From Anthoceros angustus (lineage: Eukaryota; Plantae; Anthocerotophyta): a stretch of 64,000 nt of DNA. A program made the translations under genes and the position numbers. Under the pieces are notes generated by a model. The model was not told the origin of the DNA, did not search any database, and saw nothing but the letters and a program-made list of their open reading frames with translations. Positions 25,200-38,430 of the stretch are shown piece after piece. Where the stretch lies: NCBI GenBank assembly GCA_010909165.1, contig MU008158.1:645478-709477 (forward strand), written 5' to 3'. Within the stretch, counting starts at the first letter, position 1, and each line of letters begins with the position of its first letter.

Positions 25200-28024
25200 T
25201 GAATGGGGCCAAAGTTTCACCCAGTATGAGTCCGCCACAAAGGTCCCCTTGCAAAGAACAAAATATCTTTGGGAGAGCATCCGCTCCTACCCCAGCCATT
25301 GAAGCTTGTGTGTCAGAATGCCGAGGCCGGAGAGGCAGCACATAGTGGACAATACCACGCTTCCCTGACTCCTGAGAGAGGCGGCGCAAGCAAAATAGGT
25401 GGTACCAGCTGCGTGGTCGCACAAAGATCAGCTCGTGGTCATCCGTCCTCCCGCAACTGCATGGGTAATCAGCCGGAGGTACCCAATCACTGGTGACAAT
25501 GGTTGGATCCAGGTTGGGCAAATGGCAAGGCGCACAATTTTTCATGTGATCCTTGGTGGTACGTCCATCTGATCCTTGTAGCACTAGCACACCATTGTCC
25601 TTGACCTCCTGAACTCGCAGCACATGTCGACTGGTGGTGGTGTCAAGGGTGTCTCCCACTTGCTTCTGCAAGTAAACAAAGTCCCCCACCTGGAATTTCT
25701 TGAGCTTGGGTCTGAAGCTGCCGCTGCGAGTGTGGGCATATCTAAGGGTGTCCCGATGTTGGGCAATCCTCAAATTAGCCATGGCCATCGGCATGGCTTG
25801 CCGAAACAGCGCGGCACGCTGACCAATGACCGTTGCCCAAATTGCTGGATCATCCAGATCCACTACCTCATAGAGTTGCTTGGCAATGGAGCTAGGCGGC
25901 ATGGGTTCCCTCCCAAACAGCAAGTAGGGACTGAAATGTGCCAAGGAGGCATGCCGACTCATACGGTAGCCATGGCGATGTAGGGAAGAGCCAAGTCCCC
26001 ACTGCCTTGGCATTTGAAGGCGAGCTTCCTTAGACCCTTCTTGATGGTGCATGCCATCCGTTCAGCCATCAGCCGAGGATGGTCTCGGCTGGTCTGCGAT
26101 GGTCGATGAGCGCAGCAGGTCTTGGAATTCCCTCGAAATTCGGACTCGATCCGTCAAGCACTCGAGCTCCCAAAGCGACTCGGCACATTGAAGAAAGGCT
26201 GGCGGTGCTTTTGGAGCTCTTGTCCGGGCCACCACCTCTACCCACTTGGAGAAGTGCTCCATCATGACGAGAATGTACACGTTCCTCGTGGTGTCTTGGG
26301 TAGTTCACCCAACAAGTCACAAGACCACCTAAAGAACTCCCATGATAGGCAAAGGTGCAGCTGAGGGTTACGGATGGTGAAGGAGGTCTTCACCGTCACG
26401 ATCCTTGCAGGCCTGCTGCTTGACTTGGGCGTACATCCCTTGCCAATGGAAATGTGGGAGGAGCAAGCGTAAATGCAGCTTGACTCCAAAATGGCCCATG
26501 TCGTGCACTCGGATGAGCTGCTCCCTATCAGCGGTGGTGGCACCAATCGTTCCAGCCATTGGTCAGCCTCCTCGGCAAATGCCCATCACGCCATTGATAC
26601 TTGGAAGCCTTGTTGGCGAATTCTTTCTTGCTCAGCGTGCTCAATGGCTGATCAAATTGTCCTGTTTGGACAAATAGGAGAGTTTGGTCTTCCCATATGT
26701 CCTTGGACCTCCTGTCCCGACATATGTGCTCAATGCTGAATGTCCCATACTGGAATGATCACCGCTTGTCAAAGCCACCATGACACATGCTGCGGATCTC
26801 CATCATCTTGGTCCTGTCCTGTAACATCTTAGCAACTTCTTTGGGATTAGAGAGTGTGTCCGCATTTTGATGCGTGACTCCCGGTCGGTGTACAACTTAG
26901 AATTCGTAATCCTGTAGGATCATGGCCTACCTCGCAAGCTTCCCACTCAGCTTTGTGTTGGTCATCAGCCAATTAAGGGGCTGATGGTCAGTGACTAGCG
27001 TGAAAGGCTTGCCATACAAGTAGGGCCTGGAATGACACATTGCCCACATGGCGGCTAGACACTCCCCTTGGAAGTTGCTGTAGTTGGCTTCAGCACGATT
27101 GTTGTTGCGTGAAGCATATGCCACCACTCGTTCCTGTCCATCTTCGTCTTGTTGGGCTAGCACAGCCCCTAGGCCCTGGATACTCCAATCTGTGTGTACC
27201 ACAAGCGGCTTGGAAGTCAGTCAGCCATGGCGGAGCTTAGTCAAGCTCGGTTTCAGCGTGTCAGCTTGCTGGGTCTTCTGTCCAGGCCCAAACAACATCC
27301 TTCATGACAAGTCATTCGTGGCTTGGCAGTGAAGTCCGAATGTATACTCGGTAATAGTTGCATAGGCGAGGAAGCTACATGAGCGAGAGGTTTGTGGGCT
27401 CTGCACCTGCAAGATGGCACATGCCTTGGCAGCATGAGGCATTACGCCAGGCACGACCCTATGACCAAGGTATGCCACGGTGTCCATGCCAAATTCACAC
27501 TTGGCGGGTGACATGTCAAGCTGCGCCTTCGCAATCTCTTGAGCAGATCTTCCAGGTGCACCAAATGAGACTCAAAGTCCTCGCTGTGGACCAGGACATC
27601 ATCAATGTAGCACATGAGGTTTGAACTGCAAGTACTATGTCCATTCTGTGGAATGTCACCGGCGTTCTTGAAGCCAAAGGGCATCACCAGCCATTCCACA
27701 GCTGTTGAGAGCCGTGGAAGGCTGTCTTCTTGATGTCCTCTTCAACAGGCACTGGTTGAAGCCTTGGCAAATCAAAATCGAGAAGTAGGTAGACTTGCCA
27801 ATGTTCGAAAAATCTCCTCCGGCGTTGGCATAGTGCGATCACAATGTCATCCTTGTTGATAGGACGGTAGTCTCCGCACATCCTCTTCTCTGTCCACATC
27901 CGTTCTGTCCTTCTTGGGAGGCATCAGCATGCGGCGTGACATAGTCCGAGGACTAGAGGACGAATGAGCCCTGTGCAACCTGCCAACAGTGCATCCACCA
28001 TGTCCCACTCGGTTCTTGAGCTGT
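25200..28024 (-). pseudogene. Ty3/gypsy pol (RT-RNase H-integrase) with C-terminal PHD finger
   Basis: RMCGDYRPIN, WLVMPFGFKNA, CYIDDVLVHS, HTDWSIQGLGAVLAQ, HDMGHFGV, EHFSKWVE, FSPYLLFGREP and FQVGDFVYL. Then C(xx)C..L.CDH..YHLFCL..AWYCPLC at about 25335-25470. Confidence 0.9.
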
Positions 28025-29000
28025 TGTAGTAGGGAAAACCCGGGTCTTAGAGATTCTCCACTCTAAGCGGCCACACTTATCCCACTGTCGCTTCGTATGT
28101 TGGGTTTTGTCCCATGAGACTTGTGTGAAAGTTCAAGGTCTTGTGATGGCCGATCGCTACTGCGGTGACACACTTCTCAGCCTTCTAAACAAGCAAGGCG
28201 CCCTCTACTCTCCTCTTACAGTGCACCGCGCCTTTGCTCGAAAAATCACCAATCCTCGACCTACAGCACAATTGCGAGGTCAGCCTTAGCGGCGAGGAGC
28301 CTATCACGGGCGCCCGAGGGACCCCAGTCCACAATTTCGTCCCTACTTCTAAGACCACTCTTCTCCACTCGGGGCGCTCTTTTACTTGCAGTTTGGGATT
28401 CGTCCCTTAGGCTCACGCCTTGGCCTTCACTACACTCTAATCCTCTACTCATCTCCTCATCCTCTTCCTCCTATTCTAACCTCGATTCGGGCTTCTTGGC
28501 TTTCGCCCTTACGGCACAGCGCACAGGGTCGGCCTCCACCCAAGTTCTTCCTTGGGCGGTTGCTATGAGTTTGACACCAAGCGAGAACCTCCAGTCTTTC
28601 CTGTAGTCTACCCTCAAGCCGAGTTCCACAGGCATTGCCACACACCCAAAGCAAAGCAATTTCACAGCAACCATTCACAAGGGAGCAACTCGTTTAGGCA
28701 CTTGCGAGCAAGCCTCCACCAACACTCAGACCACATGACTTCCTCTCTACCTGACCGTTGGCTCCTGTAGCACGAAATTCCTTTACAAGGGCAAAGGACT
28801 CGATGAGTATGGGCGCAAGGCGTGATACTTTACTTTGTGAAATCCTCCTCCTCTTATAGGAGGCCTTCCACATACAACCTCCCTTAGGTGACCCTCTGCG
28901 GTCACCTTTTCCAATATTCTATTATTTCCTACTTGACATTTAATGCACGGCACCTAAATCCATTATGCGATCCTTGGTAAATTCTATTCTAGTAACTTCA
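28025..29000 (-). repeat. Family A 3' LTR (right boundary approximate)
   Basis: Starts TGTAGTAGGGAAAACCCGGG on the + strand, interrupting the PHD-gypsy RT. Homologous to 1-752 and 11089 onward. Confidence 0.85.
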
Positions 29001-30104
29001 CCTAAGATCATCCTTAAAGGATGTCGATCTACACCACTTATCCTTTCTATTCTCCTACTCATTTATGGTCTTTGACCATACCTAGTCCTCTTTTGGAATA
29101 GTGGCGTGTCCTTGGTGGATTGGCTCCTTGCCCCCTTTTGCTCGCCTTCCCATTCATCGTCTTCCAAGTGTGTGGGGCAAGTACAATTTGCCCCTTCCTC
29201 CATCTCATGCGGTGGCCTGATTCCTCCATCATCCGCGCCCCGCGCTCGGGGCGCCCTTCTTTCCGATCTCCGCCGGCGCTCCTTTTCAAGGGCACCCTAC
29301 GCGGTAGTCGGCGGACTCGGGGTGGTGACTTCTATCATGGTAGTCTGATCTTCATCTTTCTTCTTCTCCCCATCTGCGCTGCCTCTTGGGTTGGAATCTT
29401 CCGTGCTCCTTTCCTCCTGTTTGATTTGTCCATACCTATCATGGAGCATTCACAGATTTTCCTCCCCCAATTGTCGGCCGATTTTCACTAATCCCTCCGG
29501 GCCCTTTTCGCATCAGCCTCCTCTCCTGGCTCGGGCCCTTCCCTCGCTCGTGGGGTGAGGGAACTTCTCACCCCTCCTTCTTCCTTAACGGGTCGGATCC
29601 CGTCCCTGTCCTCCTCCGGTGGGACTGTTTCTCCCACCTCCTCTTCTATTCCTGCAGGGGGTGTGTCACCAGGCCCCCCGGCTCCTTCCCTTGACCCGGG
29701 CCTCAGCGGCGGCTCCCCGCAAGCCCAGCGCTCGCGCGCCCTACCCGTAGTCTGGCGGACTACGGCGTGTTGTCTACCACGGTAGTCAGCGGACTACCGT
29801 GGTGGTAGTGGTACTCATGTGGTAGGGTGACCCCACAGGGCGGGCTGTCCCCTCCTTGCTCCTCACGCCATCCTTTCTCACAGCCTTCGTCTCTTCTCCA
29901 CCTTGACTCCCAGTTCCTCGAGTCCATGTCACTTGTAGCCTCGTCAAAGTCGGCTTCGTACACTTCTGACTCCTTCTGTCATCATCATGAGGACCTATTG
30001 TCCTCCTCTTGGCCAACCGTATCACCTCATTGTTGGCCTTCAAAATCCTATTATGGAGGTGAGCCCCTAAGCTATGATACTGCATCTGGAGATCATCAAT
30101 CTCC
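29001..30104 (-). mobile_element. Family A 3' internal region, continuing at 39925
   Basis: 29780-30104 is homologous to 760-1110. The host sequence resumes after the DNA transposon. Confidence 0.8.
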
Positions 30105-30134
30105 AACACGATAATATTCATACCGGCGGAATAA
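30105..30134 (+). repeat. Left TIR
   Basis: AACACGATAATATTCATACCGGCGGAATAA. Confidence 0.93.
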
Positions 30135-30839
30135 TGTACGCCGGTTATGGAAAAATTGCCGCCGCTTGGTACTTTTCACACAGTTACTAATTCACTCCAA
30201 ACACGTCTCTTCGAAAGCACATGCGCCCGTGCCAAGCAATCATTGTGATTGAGATTTGAATTTCGTGTGCAAAGGGGTCTGCAATGAAGGTGCCAAGGTG
30301 CAGGGATGCTTGCGGACAAGCGGCAATGCTCAGTTATAAGTAGAGTGCGTCCGCTCAGATGTATTCAAAAACGGCCTCATGGCCAGACACAGAACAACTT
30401 GCTACTAGAAGATCCGGCGTGTCATCCACTCCAAAGACAACGGCCCATACGACATACAGTGCACAGCAACAGGAAAACGTTCTAGCCACCTAAGGAAGTT
30501 CACGGTCTGAAGATTCAACTGCACACAAACCGGCTTCACTATCAGGAACTACGGTGACGCTTTACGCGTTCTTCATCCTCTCGAAAGAGTCACGCCCATC
30601 ATCGCCTCGGGCGCCGCTGCCTTCCTTCCCGTAACTTCAGAGGTCAGGTGCCATACTTCTAGTGTCTGCCCTCATCCATGTGGTCTCCCTTCTTTCATTC
30701 GCTTGACCCTAGAGGCACAATTTGAGCCTTCCCAATATCCTTCTCGCCGACGCAAACCTCCTTGGCCTGAATGAGATGGACCACGACGATGCGGCTCATG
30801 TGTCACTCCTCCTCCGCATCCGTGCTTCATATCCATGTA

Positions 30840-31500
30840 CACGCTGGAATGAATTACGCACACCTCTTGTCCGCCTCGATAGAAATACAATTCGACAACA
30901 AGGCACCATTAAAGATGACCCACTACGCACATGCATCCAATATCCAGTCCCTTCCTTGGAGAATGTCTTGATAAGCTTCATCATCAAACCTAAAGGCGTG
31001 GTAGGGACAGACAACAAGTTTGTCAAGTGAATGATAAACCGACTTTTCACAAGTATGGTGGGCAATCACCGACCGACCATTATTGAAAGTGCCACGCAAA
31101 ACATTAGGTAACATGACAGCGCAACTCGAGCTTTTCTTCATTTACCGGTGACATACTCCACCGTATCAAACCCACCCTTGTCGTTGTTGACATTTGTCTT
31201 GTCCCACAAATGAAACAAGACCACCCCTCTGCACCACTTCCGCATAGGCTCCCCGCAATATGTGAATCTTCCACACCATGCATTATGATCATCCGAATCG
31301 CCAGATTCAACAAGTCATGGAAGGAATGCAAAACATTACCAACTTGCCAAATATCAAACCTTCCATCCTTTGGGCCCTTCTCGAATCCACGTGGGACATC
31401 CATCACAAGCAAAGAGTAACTCCTCTTCCTCACAAAACCTCGCATATCCGCACATCTCGAGCATGAATCGTCATCTTTTTCTCCGATGGGACGGTGGTTG
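30840..31500 (-). pseudogene. Beta-class N4-cytosine/N6-adenine DNA methyltransferase domain (frameshifted)
   Basis: In order: TIHARD; SYSLLVMDVPRG (motif IV, DPPY-like); HLWDKTN..GGFDTVEYV; CPY..PLGLMMKLIKTFSKEGDWILDACA.SGSSL (motifs X and I); NCISIEADKRC. Confidence 0.78.
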
Positions 31501-31899
31501 ACAATCCCTCTTCAATGTCTCTATCTCAAGCTCAACATCCTCCAAGCCCTTCCAAGTGTTGACCTCATAAATGAAGCTGAAAGTTTTGGGGCACTTGGTA
31601 AGGACTTCAATGTCTTTGTTGCTGCACAAAAAGCAGGATGCTTGTCAATATTGATGGAGGGAGGCGCGGCATGCCGGCGCCTCCCCGCACTTAGGGCCTC
31701 GCATCTAGACCGGGCGCGCGGGCGCCTCCTCGTGCAACCCCTATTATCTTGGGGTGAGGCATGCGCCGCCCCACCGCTGGGCGCGGCGCCCCTGCCGGAC
31801 AACAGCGGAGGAGGAGGAGGAGGCGCATGCGCGCCTCCTCCTCCCCGCCTGCATACCATATAAAGTTCTAAGAAACAAGAGAGTATGATAACATACCTT

Positions 31900-33130
31900 T
31901 CCCTCGAAAGCAGTCTGGAACCTGGCGACTACTTCGTCGGTGGAATGTTGTGGGTACTCTTGCCTCACCATCTCAAAAGATGAACATCCTAAGTGCTTCG
32001 CCATGGCCACTTGGATGATATGCAATTTCTTGCGCAATATAATTTCATCTGACATTCCCTTCAAATCCATAAGGCCAGTGAGAACTTTCTCAGTGGCACT
32101 AATAAGCATTTGTTGCCCGCTCTCCCCGCAGGAATACCTTGAAAGCAACGCCATGGCTTTGTCTGCATCTCCTTGGGCTTCACCAATATACCCTCAACTT
32201 GTTTCGTTTCTTCCGCTGCTTTCCGTTTGCCTTTGCTCTTTTTGCTCAATCCTGCTGCCACATGTTTCTTCTGTTCTGGCAAGTCACAAGCCTCCCACTT
32301 TGCAAAAATTTTGTCCACATTCTCCCATACCCTTCCTTCCAACTTCGCTATGCACAAGATGTGCGTCCTGTTGTCAACCTTGTTCTGTTTGTAGGCATCA
32401 TCTTCCCGTCCTTCATCATCTTCGATAAGACCCAATACCTTATACAGGTTGAACTTCCAATTCATGGACATATGCACGCCATCCCGCTTGGCTATAAGCA
32501 GTTCATCTCTGAGATATCTTACTTGCTCTATGAACGACATCTTCCGCCGTTTGTCAGACATTGTATTGTGATCAGTCGCCAAAACCCTCATTTCCTGTGT
32601 GGTCAGCCCACAATACACATGTGCCTCTATCCATTTGAAACGCTCTTTCACTGGTGATATGTCCGCCAAATGTTGCATTGCCGCAAATGTGTGGTTCCCG
32701 CCTAACACACCCATGATGTATTTCTTTGCCTCGAATTTTTCCACCAGTCCTCTAGATCATCACACTTGGGATCAATCATGCACAAAGGGGCAATACGCCC
32801 TCCTCAACTCGGCCCTTTCCAATCACGCGAGCCGATAATTAGTCCACGCTTCATCCACACGCCGAATCTGCGCATCCGGTTAGATAAGAGGCGGGCAGAT
32901 TCTCCAGCTTCCAACATCTGGACCACCTTCTTCGCATATCGCATCTCGAATTCGGTGAGGTAGTCCTCCTCGTGGAAGGAAGATTCCAACCTCTCTTCAT
33001 CTGCTGAAAGGTGCACTGTGGGAATGTCTCTCTGACATAGTTCTGTAGTCTTTGCTTTCTTCCGTATTTTACCATGTTCGGCTCCAAACTCTCGCTCTCG
33101 CCGATCCTCTTGCATCAAGACTGCTTCCTC
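31900..33130 (-). pseudogene. ParB/Sulfiredoxin-like domain and helical region, N-terminal to the methyltransferase
   Basis: ORF 32061-32744 reads KYIMGVLGGNHTFAAMQHL...AHVYCGLTTQEMRVLATDHN..RRKMSFIEQV, resembling ParB (idGxHRxxA ... l.eee...la..eN..R..ls.iE). Confidence 0.65.
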
Positions 33131-33559
33131 TTTCCATCCCGGCCTTGTATCGGAAATGACTAGCTCTCGCCAACAAATTACCATCCGGACTTGGGTGTCG
33201 TGTTGGTTCTGTTCACGTGCGCTTCGTTTGCCTTTCCTCCAGCCCTCCCGACAATCCAACGGCCGGGTCGATAGCCTCATAGCACCGGTATAGTAGAAGG
33301 GTGGCGCTGCCGGGATGGAAGGAGTCGGCGCATCCCCTTCCTTGCTCCGCCACATCCATAAACATGCCTGCATGGGGGTTGGGAGGACTCCACACTCGTA
33401 GTAGGCGCATGCCGGGCGCCCTCCTCTTCCTTGCTCCGCCACATCCATACATGCCCGGCCGAGGGTTGGCGGGGACTCCACACCTGGAATGGAGTCGGGC
33501 GCCGCATGCGCGCCACTGGCGGGTTATAAGGGACCGTGGCACAAGCATAGAGTCGGAGG

Positions 33560-34590
33560 CATGTCATAATCCATTATTAATTGCATCTCTAACCTCGGTT
33601 TCCAAGTCATCCCGCTTCTTCCATCATCTTCGGATTGTCCAAGGATGTCGGGCAATGGTCCATCATGCTCATCTTGGGCCCAGCTCCTCTTCCTCCGAGC
33701 TGCCCGAGAGGTCCTCCGTGATTTTGGGAGGGCTGCCCGGTTCGCGATGCTCATTTCTCTGGTGGTCCACGATAGATCGTGTGACAAAAGCACACATTGC
33801 TTATAGAAAGCCCTCCCACTGTTGACACACAAAACCCATAAGCCAACTCAGCCTACATGCGCGAAATGAAAAGCATTCAAGCACAAACAATGTTAGCCAA
33901 CCCGTCCATACGTGTTGATTCTGTTTAGCCTCTCGGGCGGTTGTCGGCATCCGGGAACACTTCTTAAGCTTGAACATCCCAAGGCCCACGGTGATAACCT
34001 TGAACTCCTCCGCACGAATTTCATCCAGCTTGGTGTGGCTTTGTTGTAAGGAGGATCTCGAATTCGCCCTGCGACAAATCCAGACTTGCCCATACAACCC
34101 AGCCAACTCTTGCTCACTGATTTTGGCTTAGCTGGTCCAAACCTCAGAACCTGTAAGGTGTCCATATGGTCAAGATCATCCGCCCGCTCTTGCAAAACCA
34201 CTCCTTCCCTAGACAATTAATCGCATCGATTGAGTTAGTCGCACGATGAGCATAGTTTCTTCCAAGTTGTATGGCGAAGGCACAGGATCGGGTTGCGTTT
34301 TCTTCTTCCCTTCAAGCCTCCTTGTCTTTCGTGGCCCGCCCGCCTCCCGTGTTAGCCGGGCTTTTGCAATTCCGAGCTCGATTTCTTCGCCGCCCCACCC
34401 ACATCCTTACACGCCTCCGATGCTGTTGTTGCGCTGGCCGCCACTTCCTTGTCGGGCCATTTGCCGCCATATCCACTCCTCCGCCTTCGAGTCTTCTTCG
34501 GTTTCTTCTGCCGCACAATCTCAGAAGGTGGTTCAGGCAGAGGCGCCACTAAGTCCTTCTTGCTCCGGAGAGCCCTCCCCGATGCCATGA
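33560..34590 (-). pseudogene. Unidentified Lys/Arg-rich ORF remnant inside the transposon
   Basis: MASGRALRSKK..RQKKPKKTRRRR and consecutive frameshifted segments. No domain recognised. Confidence 0.3.
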
Positions 34591-36879
34591 TTTCCTGCCA
34601 CAAGGAACGCGGACGCGCATCAACCAGCTGAAAGCATACGTATTAGAGTTCTCACTTTGTGAGGTGGATAGCAACAAATTGGGGAGAAGCACACCTCCTT
34701 CCGTGCGTGGGGATGATTCTCAAAGGCCCTACGAGCATCCACTGGCAAGCGTTGAATCACTCCCTCTTCTCGCCCGCTCGCAGGAGTCCGCATGCATACA
34801 AAGTTGAAGGGGACGTAAAGCCCGTTTTTCGTGTGGATGTGTGGGAAATGGTTTTAAAAGACCTTATACGCCCGGACAAGAAGTTAGGGTTCCCTTCATA
34901 TTTCTCACCGTAACCTCCATGGATTCGCGAACGTACATAATGCATAAATTCCATTTTAGGATAATGTCCTAACTACACCTCTTAATGGTGGTGTCGTTTT
35001 GGCGGAGGCGGCGCCATTACGATGGCGTGCATTGTTTGCCGTTATAGGTCTAGAACTTGTGCATTGAGCGGCGCCTTTCTCGTGCGTTGGTGGCGTTGAA
35101 GTTGGTGGCTTGACGTTATATTTCCCTTTTCCTGCAGGAGAACACACTTTCGTTTGTGTCGTGAAGTGGCATCACCGCAGAATGTTACAGAGACTCACCC
35201 GCATGATGCTGAAGTGAGCGATCTTTGTTGTATCCAATGCACTCCATGCAATAATGTTCCCTTGATGTTCTCCTCTAAACTTCGCTTTCATGTTGCGGGA
35301 AGGAGGACTTGTCATCATCGCAGCTTCAACCGAGAGCCGCAAGAAAAAGGAAACGCAATGCAAGATTGAATGCGTCCGATCCTCCTGTCCCGATGATGCC
35401 GCACAACACACCGCATTTCCAAATGGCTTGTGGGTAGTAGATGGTCGGTGTTAATTGCGTGTAGTTCTCCTCACGCATGCCAACAATGACTGAAGAGGCC
35501 AGTTCCCCGATCGTGTCACCAAATGCCGCGCTTGCATGAAGGTTGGAGGCGGGTCCAGACCTCACCAAGGATTCCTCGGTGTTCCTCGTACACCAAGGAA
35601 CATCAATTTGTATTCACCGTGGAGCGGAGTCCTAGTACGCCGCGCCATGAAGAACCGAATAGTTCCCACGCACTGCGCCGGGTTTGTTTCCAATTGAGGA
35701 AAGGAGGGTGTTCTGAAACCCTCGGCCGATGCACCTTTAGTGAGACAGAGGAAGGCGACCGCCCGACGCACGGTCATTCCACCCCAAACCCGAGCGAAAC
35801 ATTTGTGGCGCCACGGACATGCAATCCGTGGTTCGAGAAGGCGGGCAAGTGGAGTTCCTTTGTCGAAGAGCGACTCGGCGTTGTCACGGACTTCTAAGCC
35901 ATGCCGCAACAAGCAATGCGTCGTAATGTCTAAGGCCAATTTCCATGAGCAACGTTGCTTTTGCGAATGGGGAGGGCGAGCAAGAGACATTTCTTGCCCC
36001 TCCGGTCGTGGACTTACAGCCACCGAAGGACAAGGTCATCACGCATATAATGGGGGCGGCGCATTTGTTGTTTGCAAGCTTTTCAAGAGTATCGCATCGG
36101 CTCGAGGTACGAGGAGTTGAAGAGCGGTGTTATGCAATGCACCGTGGGGATGGGTCAAGAGTGAATCGCGACAACCATCTACACACCGGGAGCCGCGTTC
36201 GATGGATAGAGCCAAGTGATGGCGGAAAGGCTGCCAAACGTTGATGTGTTCCACCGCCGACACGCTCAAAGTTGGAGATCCGGGCCAGATCGCCGGATAT
36301 GACACGGTCTAGTATGCGTCGGTCGATCCCTATTTTCCGACCCTCGGAGGACCAACTTCCCGAAGGTTAGGATTCCAAAGTCTAATAGGTTTTCCACTTG
36401 CTCTTTATGTGAGGGACTGAAGCGCACCATCCGGAACACTTCCGACACAGCAGACCAAGGTTCGTTCTTCATATCCTGCTGGGTAGTGCATAGTTTCTAA
36501 GAACCATTCTGCTGAAGGATGCATAACTGCCCTGTTTACATGTCCTGTGCGGAGTGTATATGCATATGTGTCTTCTTAAAAAGGTGGGCCAGCGTGCTTG
36601 CCTCTTGTCGCAGAGGTGTGGCAATGTAGATACCAATGTGCAAGACTCACATAGGTTGCGTAGGCGGAAGAGTGCTTCCATTCGGGGCCCAGCACCCTTC
36701 AAGACATGCAGCACGCGCCCCCTCAAAGCGCCTCAGCGCCGGGAGGCGGCGGCCCCCAAAGCTTTTCCGCATGTCGGTCGGGGGGCGCATGCCGCTCCAG
36801 CGAGATTAACCGCACCCATGTTCATGTTACAGTAGACCGTGCAACAATATCGATATAATACTGTGTCTCCATTTTTGCA

Positions 36880-38430
36880 GAGGTTTACGAAGGAGCTTTG
36901 GCATCACAGTGCGACTAAGCAATGAGAGAGACAAAGCAAAAACATCGGTCCAAAAGTTATAGTCAGCCCCACAAGTATATGCATTGCTATCGATGGCATG
37001 GACGAAGAAGACAGCTCCCTCATTTCCTCCGTTATCCCAAAGAGTTGGCGAGGCATCACTTATTAATGTTCATGTGGTGGGATGTATGATACATAATTAC
37101 ACTTTCAAGGCGGGCATATTTACACTACGCTAATCACATAACGACGCCAATCTCACTATCCATATAATGTGATGTCATATTTTCTTACGAAGGGTGCTTC
37201 CTAAAGTTCTTTACCTCACCTTGATAATACTTGCGCGAGAACAAGAACCAGCTACTATTCGCGTACCTAAATATGCTCATCGACCTTGGTGTTCGTTAAA
37301 ATAAAGGTTGGGTTCCTATTGGTTGGTCATACCCATGATCGTTGATCAAATGTTTTCTTGTTTCTCAAGCTTCTTAGGCACAAAGAAGCGTTTACTATTG
37401 ATACACTTTGGAGATTTTGACAGCTTTCACCCCAACGCAAGTTAAAGTAATAGAGGTGGCGATTTTCGGTCTTATGTATGGCCCATTAAGAAGGGGACGA
37501 GAGGATATGCATACAAGGCGGCAAAGTGAACTTGAATAATCTTTCCTTCCAACATCAATTTAAAATCACGAGAGAGGAGCGAGACCGAGGTCAAGTTACG
37601 GTCATTCAAGTAAGCGACTCAACATCCCTCAATGGGAATCAAGATGGGTTGGAATTTTGAAATTTGTTCCATCAACCACGACCCACTCATGCCGCTAAGG
37701 CGAGAGACAAAAGGGTCAAGATGGAGGTCTTTCACCAACGGCGTGTGGCGACTTGAAGCATGGCTTCGAACTTGGCGGCGTATATCACGCCATCGGAGAG
37801 GTGTGGTGGAGGTTGTTTTGGTCACCAGAAGGAATTGCCACTATTGTGGAGAACAATATTGCTCTAGTGCTTAAACAACCGTGGAGGTGGTACAACAGAA
37901 GAGGTGGAGGCCACATGCCGCCACTTCAAGTGCCGGAGGAGGTTGTGCTTGATGAAGCATTACTAAGAGAAGTTCCTCAACGGGATATGTATTTGGGAGC
38001 TCACGATGCAAGTCGACAACATCAAGAAATAGAAAGGATGAATGGAGATGTCAAAGAGATAAGGAAGGGCATGTTCATTGCAACTCCATGCTCGGGAGAT
38101 ACACATAAGGGCTCGGATTGGGAAGGTGGAAAGCGTAGACTTGATTGTGCGAACCCATTTCTTATGGTCCACTACAGTGATGAGCAGATGCTTTTGAAGG
38201 GAAATATGTTGAGGAGTTCTTTGTTAGAGGACCGACAATCGACGATCGCGAAATGGGAAGAGAGTGGGAAGAGAAATTTACCCAAAACATTCGAAACTAT
38301 TTGTGAATAAGACTATTATTCTCTATTATGGGTTCAACCTCAATGCAAGAAAGCACCTTTACGCTCCGACAAGAAGGCTATTCGAGATAGAATGAATCAC
38401 CGACCTTATCTGCAGCTGAGAGGAGGATGA
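36880..38430 (+). pseudogene. DDD transposase, Sola1/DUF7869 type, catalytic region (frameshifted)
   Basis: IAIDGMD..LPHF, NDANLTIHI, LPKVLYL.LDNTCRENKNQLLFAYLNMLIDLGV and KIKVGFLLVGHTHD.VDQMFSCFS. Upstream exons probably lie in 35330-36700. Confidence 0.85.

Noticed and set aside
30840-33130. Bacterial or phage contamination as the source of the ParB-MTase
   Set aside because: It lies inside TIRs with a TSD in a plant retroelement, is decayed like its neighbours, and has no operon context.
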